64,000 nt of DNA from Raillietiella orientalis. Taxonomy: Eukaryota. The notes under the pieces are model-generated. The model did no database searches. It had not been told where the DNA came from and worked only from the letters and a program-made list of their open reading frames with translations. The position numbers were made by a program, and so were the translations under genes. Location of the stretch: positions 6,510,001-6,574,000 of the forward strand of contig JAYWIR010000004.1 of assembly GCA_036172245.1 (NCBI GenBank), given 5' to 3'. How positions within the stretch are numbered: the stretch's first letter is position 1; each line of letters begins with the position of its first letter. This document shows positions 53,201 through 64,000 of this stretch, piece after piece.

Positions 53201-54149
53201 TAAATTTGATCAAAAATAACATGGTTGTACAAAAAAACTATATATATACCTCTTTTGATAGTACCAACAAATTATTAGAATAAAGGACTGCACAATCAGA
53301 GTATCAGACTAACTTCGACATATGCATTCTAAGAATCATTTTTTTTACTAAAAAAATGATTTATCACTTTTTAGATTGCTTCAGTCAGCAACGAATGTAA
53401 CGTAATGAAAACCAACAGGGATATACCATTCATTTGCTATTCATGTAAAGCAGGAATTACCGCGAGTATAGCTTTAGTTACATTTCATGTAAAATATACA
53501 GATACATTTTACATGAAATCCATTGCTGAAATGGTTGGTCCAACATAAGTCAATGGAACCTAACATTCAGATGCAAAAGCAGTCTGGATACAAGCATAAA
53601 CAAAGCATTTTAAGAACAAGGATGGAACAAATTTTTGGTAGATGTACTATTGTATAAATTATCATTATTTCCTAATGCAATGTATAATCACAAGCTTCAC
53701 TACAAACTAACCAAATGTGATTTTAATGCAAAAAAAATTGAAATTCCTATACCGAACGTTCACCATTGAATGAAAGCACACTTTTGTATAATAAACACAT
53801 TTTTGAAAAAGAAATGAAGTAATATATTATAGGGACTTTACACGTATCTTCAATACATTGTAATTAAAAGCTCAAATCCAAAGAAATGAGATGCAACCAG
53901 AACGGTTTATTTTAAAAAAGTTTTTTTTAAGATTCATCATCGTAAACTTGCTTAATTTTGGTTAATGTTAACTCAAAATTAATACCGTAAAAAATGCATT
54001 TTTATTTCCATCAATGAGCATGTGAAACAAAATTGAATTTTTAATCATTTACATTAACATAAAGAAATCTGTTAGATGCAACAAAGTAATCTCGATAATT
54101 TCAAAGATACAAGCTCATGGACATTTTATTTAACACATTGTATTTTACT

Positions 54150-55100
54150 TATTTGACTACTACGAATAATATACGATGTGTATTCGGCATACAACACTCA
54201 TACGGTGAGTAAAATTTCTGAAGATAATAACGGTTAGAATCCCAAGAAACTTGAATGCACAGGGTTTTTTCGTCTTTTAGTCTCTTTTTAACTAACTTTT
54301 TTTCAACTTCTTTATTCCTATTTTTAGCTTCAAACTTAATTTCGTACATTCGGTAGGTAAATCAAGGAATGTTTCAGCTTTATCACTGATGCAATGAATA
54401 AGGAAATCAACACTCATCGTATTTACAGATTACCGAATGCTTTTTACATTAGTTGTCGTTTTCAATAAACTTGTACTTTGAAATTTACCTTTCGTACTTT
54501 GGTACCGTCGAGGAAATTGCATAGTATCTATTTCACAGGAAAAAAAAAGGTGTATAAATCGAAATTTCAAGTGATTTAAATAATTTTACATGTGTACCTT
54601 ACTATGAATTGGCACTTATATGAAGTTCGACATCTAAACAATGCATGATACACAATATTTCAATAAATACGCATTCGTATATATAAATACGTTTCCTTTC
54701 TTTAACTCATTTTATGTTGACAGTAGCAACACTACTTCAAGGAATTTTATGTTACTGATTGTTTCGATTGATTCGATACTGTGATGGAAATGCACAGCTT
54801 GTCACCATAAAATACCAACTCATGATTATTATGTGCTTTAAAAAAATTCCACATGTTTACATTTGCAACAGTATGTTTTAACAATGTTGAGAAAATAGAC
54901 GTGCTACTTTAAAAGAACAATTTTTAACTCACAATCTGCGGAATCAATTCCAGTGTTCATCGGTGTAGATTTTTAAATTTATCTTTTCTCTTTATTTTCG
55001 AAATATTTTTTTTTACTGCAAAAACTCGAATATTTGGAGTATGGACAGTAACGTGAAAAATATTGTTGAACAGTCAATTATATACGCCAAATTAAAGATT
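54150..55100 (-). promoter_or_regulatory. CpG-retaining patch, probable promoter/non-coding first exon of the SCAF gene
   Basis: Many CpGs here versus very few in 50.3-53.3 kb; minus-strand donor AAG|GTAAAT at ~54488; unpaired acceptor TTTCAG 5 nt upstream of the SCAF ATG. Confidence 0.4.
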
Positions 55101-56102
55101 TCAATAAATAAATGAGTTGACTCTTAAATAAAGGTTTTATATTCTTGAATATAGGTTTTAGATACAAAAGCGTTTGTAAACTCTGCCAAAATTTCATTTT
55201 TTGAAAAACTCAGCAAGGGAAATCAAAGCAAGAAGTGCACTTATTTACAAAAAAATAAATTTTAGTAATCTGATTTTCAAGAACATTAAAAAAAAGCTCA
55301 AAAATAGTATATAATACGAAAAAATGGTTTTTATTTGAAAACCAGAGTTTGTAAGGATTAAAAGAATGGCTAGTAAAAAAAGCTTTATCTTTAATTAATT
55401 AAATTATATATTCTTAAGGATGAAGTGTTTATTATTTTATGATAAAATGCGAGCTTAATATACTCAAACCATTTCTTTTTTTACACTGGAAATTTCATGT
55501 GAAAAAGTATGAATCACTTAGCTGTCCAGAAGCCATTTTTAAAAGGGCCGTAATAGAAGCGACGAGCATTCCAGAGAAGTAAAGAGAACCATAATAGTTT
55601 GAAAAGAGTTTGCATGTTTTGAAAAGTATGGCATTTGATGTAAAGGGTTTGCATACATTGGATTCAAAAACATGAAAGAATCTGGATGGTCAGCATTAGC
55701 GTGATGTTTATTAAATTATTAACATAAGTATCACAAAACTATCTTGAATCACTCCTTGTGTACCACAGATGTAACGCATAATCCATTACAATTAAAAACA
55801 ATACAAATATTACATATTTGTAAAGCAGTTATGAAGATTCACTGAGAATTGCTTCATGCTTTGGTTACTACTCATTTCTTATTGAATTTGCGCGAGCCTT
55901 TCGTACCATGGCATAAAACCTATGTGATAATTTTAGCTTTCTGGAATTAAATGTAAATAAGTTGAATGTAGTCTTTTATTGTTTCTTCGGTGGAAAGAAT
56001 TTATAATTGCTCTATAATAATGGGAAATTCGTTCAAAGTTGATTTGATAGTTGAATTAAAAGATTAATTAATATACTTCTCCTATCCTTGATTTTAATGT
56101 TG

Positions 56103-56255
56103 AAGACTTTATATTGGTTTGTTTCAAAAATTACCAACTTCATAAAAAAAGAGGTGCTAATAGACACGGCTCTTCTAATGTGCCCGATCAGTATTGCATC
56201 ATTAAGCTTCTGTTCTTCCAAATCCAAATGTTTTATTAAAAATTTTGGACATTAA
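56103..56255. repeat. 153-bp direct repeat, copy 1
   Basis: matches 58755-58907 with 2 substitutions (hand alignment). Confidence 0.95.
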
Positions 56256-58754
56256 CCATTGTTTAGTTATTAGAGTATGATAACAAAGCTGTATATAATA
56301 TCAAATGCTATATAAGATTTTCAAAATTACTTCTTTCCCCTCTAAGAATGTTTAGTGTCTTCAACAGATATTCGAAAAATCTATTATATGAATCCTTAAT
56401 TGTGTGTCTCAGCCTTCTGTATTAAATCAGATCTCATTCCAGTTATCGAGCATACAATTAACTTGACTAATTTTTTTACTCTGCTAATCTTTTTATATAA
56501 TTGTATCTAAGGATCAGGAATTGTTCTTTCGGAACTTGATGGTTCAGTATTGTTTGGAGTCTGCTCATTATATTTTTAAAGTTATTCACCATTTTTTTTA
56601 AATGAGCATTTTTATATTTTTGTTTAATGTTCCTAATTCTTTCCCTCAGATTCTTTGAAAATAGATTGTTGATGTGATTTTTTGAATTATTTGAATCAAA
56701 ACAATTCATCACACACGCAATCATGTTGATTCAAAATATTGTTCTTCTTCTTAGTCTCACGCCCAATGTCCGGAAGGAAAATAAAGTTTTTTCTTCACTA
56801 CTTATCAATCTTTGAATTTCATGAAAAAGTCTAATTTGAGACTCTGGAATCCTTTTTTTATCTTCGTTCCCCTCATTATTCTGCACTTATATCTTGATTT
56901 TTTCTCAAATATCTCCTGAGACTTGGCAACATAGTGAAAACACACCAGTAAGATAAGAGTATAGGAGCATCAAATTAAAAATAGCAAGGTATTTGATTAG
57001 AATATGATGTACTCACAGGGCCATAAATTCTTTCAAGTCATTATGTTGTTTGAAATATCTGAGTATATAAAAAAACATTTTAAATCAAAAAATCGTTCAT
57101 CTATTCTAACAGTTTGTAGAATTCATCAATTATGTCACCCTCACATTCAAAGTTTCTTCCTTTTGTCATGGATCCCTGTTTTTCTAGAAATTTAAAATTG
57201 CTTCTGTTCCTGTTGTGAAAATCCTACAATTAAGTGTTCATGATTTTGGAATCTCCTTCTCGTCGCAAAAAATGTGCAAAAATGAGAGAATGTAAAAAAA
57301 GAAATCATGGATACAGTATAAATAACTATCCCAAAGATCGAAAATTTTCATTCGTCCAAGATAAAGCATATAAATGTTTCGCATTTCGTCGTAGTTTTTA
57401 GGGGAAGTAACGGATATGTAGCTCATATGATCTTCATCTATTACCAATAAATGTTTTCTTCATGAGTAAAGGGATTTGTATTTTGCACAATATAATTTTT
57501 AATATAATGTTGATCTATTATCTATTGGGTCTTCTATCTTGTTTTAACAATTATCTCTAAATAATGATAGTTACATGCCTGTATTTCCATATTTTCTTGG
57601 TTGATGCGTAATATCTTACAAAAGTCGATTGCACTATGTTGATACATATTTATTTGAAATAAAAATATATTTAAAACAACTGTTGCATTAGAAATAAATG
57701 GTAAATGAATGAAAAATTTGGTAAATCGAACAGTAGTCTTCGTTTAAAGTGAGGAATAAATTTTTGAAGAAAACACATCTGGAAAATCGCCGCTTTGATG
57801 ACCATTCTGATTTCAAATTAATGTACCTCAATGTAGTTAATTTTCTATACTTAGTGCAATTATGTATTTACTGACAAACGAATAAAAAATAGGATGAATA
57901 CCTCGGAAACTTGGAAGGGGAGAAAATCACAGTAATTTGATATGCAGAGGTTCGGTATTAGTTTGTCATTTGAATTTCATCGCGTGCAAAATTCTGAGTT
58001 TTTAATGCAAATGAAAAAACAGCATCACAATAACAATTCTTTAAATCAGTTTTTTAGAACAGCAATTTTTTAAACAAGAATACAATTCAATGAAGCCTCA
58101 ACTTTGAAACGTAACATTTTTTTTATCATGTATAACTTTGTAGTTGAAAATCAAGATTTTGCTTTGATTCCAACTTTCTCTTAGTTATCATATCACATTC
58201 CATGCTTACACAATTCACCCAGTTGTCCAGGTAAACTTCTTGAAAGTGATGTTTTTTTCAAGGTCACAATAAATTCAAGTTGGTTATTAACTACAACTTC
58301 AGATAGATTTGATCTTCAAATTTAAAAGGCATTTTGAAAACTGTTTTTCATTCTACCACAAATGCTTGCTGTCACTCTCAGTTTTCTATCGAATATATTG
58401 TATGCTTCACTAGAATTAATCGGAAATGTGTTTTTAGCTTGATAGGATTCCTCAAGTTTGACAATGGCATTGCTCAAATAAGAGCTTGTTTTCAAATTGT
58501 CCAGCTTTACCTTGGACCTTTAGTCATGTCCAGTTGAAGATCTTCTGTTCGTATACTTCAGTAATTAATAAAAATACTTCAGAAATAGTTCTCTGATCTA
58601 AACTCTCCAAAACTCTAGTACCTTCACACAGTGGTTTTTCTACATACGAAATACGAATTATCTGTTTTGCAGTCTGAACTTTTAAAGCAACGTTGTTAAG
58701 TGGGCTGATCTTGTAAAAGCTTTAGTGATTAGGAGTTTACAAAATTTAATTTTC

Positions 58755-58907
58755 AAGACTTTATGTTGGTTTGTTTCAAAAATTACCAACTTCATAAAAA
58801 AAGAGGTGCTAATAGACACGGCTCTTCTAATGTGCCCGATCAGTATTGCATCATTAATCTTCTGTTCTTCCAAATCCAAATGTTTTATTAAAAATTTTGG
58901 ACATTAA
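58755..58907. repeat. 153-bp direct repeat, copy 2
   Basis: matches 56103-56255 with 2 substitutions. Confidence 0.95.
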
Positions 58908-60261
58908 ACATTTTCAAATTGTCCAGCTTATATTTATGCGCATACTTTTTTGTGTTAGTAAGATGTTCTCATATGAATGTCGCGACAAAATGAAAAATAG
59001 ATTAATATGCTTTTATATCCTATGTACTTGATATTCCAGTTCAATTTTTTAAGAAAACCACTGACAACGACCCCTCGATAAAGTTTTCCGGAGACTTTAG
59101 GACTCTTCTCAATGAATTACATCGCTCAAATTCATCAGTCACAATTAATAGTTACGTCTTGCACTGTAGTATTTGCATCATTTGAATAATTACTTGTCAT
59201 ATTGTTCATCGAGTCAAGCATAAATGACTGTCACATAATCCTGCATTGGTGGTGCATGTGCGAGTGATTCGTATTCAAATCAGATGAAGAACTTATTAAA
59301 TTCTGTTTAGATGTAGTTGAAGAAGTTCGTATGGCATGTTATATTGCAAATTATCATAACATATGTAAGCATACCAAATAAAAGACTATTCAAAAAAAGA
59401 AAAAAGACAATTTCAAGATATGATCAATTGAGTGGCATCCTCCTTCTCTCTTTCCAAAGAAACACTCTGAACAACCAGAAAATGTGTGGATGTGATTATT
59501 TTTGTTGAATTAATGGATAATTGTATGCAAACACTCTGTTTCCTTTGCTGTACTAGACCACTGGATTATATGTACTGAATAAGGTATTCAATAATTCCTT
59601 TGCCTTGAATTCGTTCTTGGAAGAGTTGAAGTTTCATTTTGCGAAGGAAAGAGAATACCGTGATTTTCTGAAAGTTTTGAACTTACAGTAGTAACTGCCA
59701 AAATAACCGAGCTCACGTAAGAGATTATGTCAGGTGCACGTATGCGCTTGAGTATTTCCAAAACATCGCAAATTCAGTTCAACATGCTTGCAGAAGTTTC
59801 ATTGTAAAATGTCTGGAGGTGTTAAAATGAAGTAATGCTGAGAAGTAATGATGTTTAAGGAAATTTAATGTGCATGCATCAATGATTCTTGCATATTAAT
59901 TCACATATATGGACAGTTTTGAAATTAATAAATTATAATAGGATTGTATTTGCGTAATTATGATCTTCAAATCAACAGCTATTGGTGATTACATAATAAT
60001 AATTACTGGCACAATGATTTGTATATGTTCGAGTATTGGTTAAATAAAAGTGTTTCTGTGACAGTATTATGAGTCGAGACTAACTCAATAGTTATTTGCA
60101 GTTTGTTTTTATATAAAATGTAACAGTTATGTGCATTTGAGTACATGTGAAGGTATCCATCTGTTTTATAGAAAAATGTTTGAATTTTGGAGTGGAAAAG
60201 AGTTCCTACTGACTGCAAAAATGGAAAATTAATGAAGGTTTAGAAATATATGTTTTTTGTA

Positions 60262-62157
<1,896 letters not shown>

Positions 62158-62284
62158 TAAATATCTATTTTCCAAACAGAAGCATTTCATTTTTTGCTGG
62201 TGGAAGGCATTGGCTGACTGGCAACCACCAAGGGGCATCATAAATCAGGGTTTTGATAACTAAAAAGGCATTTAGGACAGCAAC

Positions 62285-63530
62285 ATGGTACCACTGTCTA
62301 ATCTTAGGATTTTGAGCCAAACAGCGTTCACAACTGCTTTTGTAAACTTTGTGTCACAGCGTTATTTTAAGTCACATCCATATAATATTTGTGAAGATTA
62401 TAATCGACACTCGAAAATCTTGAAAGTTCTAAAGGAAACATTAATTTACAATAATTGTAAGTGCTTGGTATTATGAAGATACACCAGGGCTTTGTGTAGA
62501 TGGTCTAGTGGTTCTCAACAAGCCTTATGGGTTGCAAAAATGTAAGCAAAAAAATTTAGCCACACAGAAGCAGACATCCATGCTTCTGGGACCTGCTATA
62601 AATCCAACTTTAAGTTTAGAGGGTTGCCTTTCCGAACTATGTGACAGCTTGAATTTGGATCACCTGTCAATACTTAAGATGCCTGATAGGTAATAGTAAT
62701 TACAACTCATGTTTCTATGCACCCACTTCAGATATAGTAGTGGGGTAACGTTATTGCAGTCTATGCAAGAAAGTCATCCAATTGAAAAAGCAATGAAGAG
62801 AGCACATCTAACCCCATACCAGCACTATTGGTTAATTACAACTGGAATACCAACTCCAAATGAGTTACAGGAAAAAATAGGCCTCTCTCTCCACTCAGTT
62901 CAGCATTATGATGAGTCACATTTGGAAGTAAAGAGACCTCATTAGTTCTTCAGATAATGTTTCTTCAGCCAGTTATTATAACAGATTATTCCAAAGCTGC
63001 AGTCAAGAGAAAGGCAGTTAAACCCATCCAAGTATCTTATCAGACATTAGTTCACAATGCAGATCTCAATGTATCTTTGGTACTCCTCTGCTGCAGCAAT
63101 GCAAAAGCACATTTCATACGTGCTTACATGGCACATAAGCTCTCACCAGTACTTGGTGATCATTTGTTTTCCAGCCGAGTGCATCATGTCCTAGGAAAAG
63201 AAGTAGCTATAGCTCCTGAGTGTATTCCCCATAGACAGATGCAGGTAAGCATAACAAAGCAATTTGAGATCAGAACATTATCCTTTCTAGAGAATATCCC
63301 CTAAACTCGCACTGAAATTAAAAATTCCTGCAGCAGATAGCATAAGGATTCCTGCCCACATTCATTTGTTTGAAGTAGTCTTACCCAAGTTTATTGATAA
63401 GCAATTAACTCTAACTGCTTCTCCACCTTTTCACTTCTGCTGGACATTGGAAGTTCTTGAATTAAAATCTAAGGATGAAATACAAGCCATGTTAGAACAT
63501 AATCCAATAAATGAACAAAAAAAAATATAA
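62285..63530 (+). CDS. RluA-family RNA pseudouridine synthase domain protein, RPUSD3/RPUSD4-like, probably mitochondrial, ~357 aa
   Basis: Motif I LVVLNKPYGL; motif II region ILKMPDRYSSGVTLL; motif III KAHFIRAYMAHKLSPVLGDHLFS; late HIH motif; acid-free N-terminus resembling a presequence. Exons 62285-62456, 62500-62689, 62732-62927, 62969-63244, 63291-63530. Confidence 0.8.
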
Positions 63531-63535
63531 GTGAA

Positions 63536-63555
63536 ATAAAGAATAAATTTTATTA
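63536..63555. promoter_or_regulatory. back-to-back polyadenylation signals of two convergent genes
   Basis: two AATAAA on + at ~63536-63547; on - an AATAAA overlapping the RSL24D1 TAA stop. Confidence 0.6.
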
Positions 63556-64000
63556 AGCTGCTTCCATTGCTTCATCTTCAGACTCATGTATTTCTACTAC
63601 ATGTTCTTCTTTTACACGAGCAGCTGCAGGTTTTATTAGTGATAAGCCACGTTCAATTTCTTTAAGATCTTTCAATTTTTGCAATTGTTTTCCTTTTTTC
63701 AGTCGATTGCGGATGAAAAGTGACTGCCTACGGTTTTTTATTGCCTCTATCCTTTTCATAGCTTCAACTAATATAAAAATGTAAAGGTATAAACATATAC
63801 ACAAGAAGCAATAAAGCAAGAGGCTTACTTGATTTATTCCACAATTCTCTATCATATTTTATGGGTATATTCCTTTTCTTTTCGAATTCAAACACTGGAT
63901 CAATTGCAAGATCTTTACCAGCTGCTTTTCGAAATGCTTTTGTCCATTTGGTCTTCCTTGGATTCCTTTTCTTCTTGAAATTCTTATGGCATTTTGATCT
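63553..64000 (-). CDS. RSL24D1: ribosome biogenesis protein RLP24 (ribosomal L24 domain-containing 1), 5'-truncated by window edge; exons >64000-63829, 63767-63553
   Basis: [71 protein letters not shown] is the RLP24 signature; 61-nt GT-AG intron. Confidence 0.93.

Noticed and set aside
63553..64000. Cytosolic ribosomal protein RPL24
   Set aside because: [27 protein letters not shown] is diagnostic of the paralogue RLP24/RSL24D1

Overview
Eukaryotic (metazoan, arthropod-like proteins; taxon not determinable here) genomic DNA with two very different halves. About 1-29 kb is GC- and CpG-rich, carries simple repeats and purine/pyrimidine tracts, and has no ORF I can assign to a known family; most listed ORFs there look like chance GC-rich frames. 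About 29.4-64 kb becomes strongly AT-rich and holds compact housekeeping genes with very short GT-AG introns (28 of 33 hand-traced introns are 39-61 nt). These are UQCRQ (+), a 19-exon SCAF4/SCAF8-type CID-RS-RRM gene (-), Csk (+) apparently lacking an intact SH3, a divergent RluA-family (RPUSD3/4-like) pseudouridine synthase (+) starting 127 nt after the Csk stop, and the 3' part of RSL24D1 (-), whose stop is 22 nt from the synthase stop. Between them are decayed-looking coding remnants, including a class A GPCR-like TM5-TM7 relic with an in-frame TGA, and a 153-bp recent duplication. No CRISPR array, tRNA, rRNA or recognisable transposon was found, and I cannot demonstrate a new biological system. 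The best leads are possible Csk-RPUSD dicistronic/operon-like expression, the SH3-less Csk and the non-canonical synthase active site. All gene models were traced by hand; no database searches were run.
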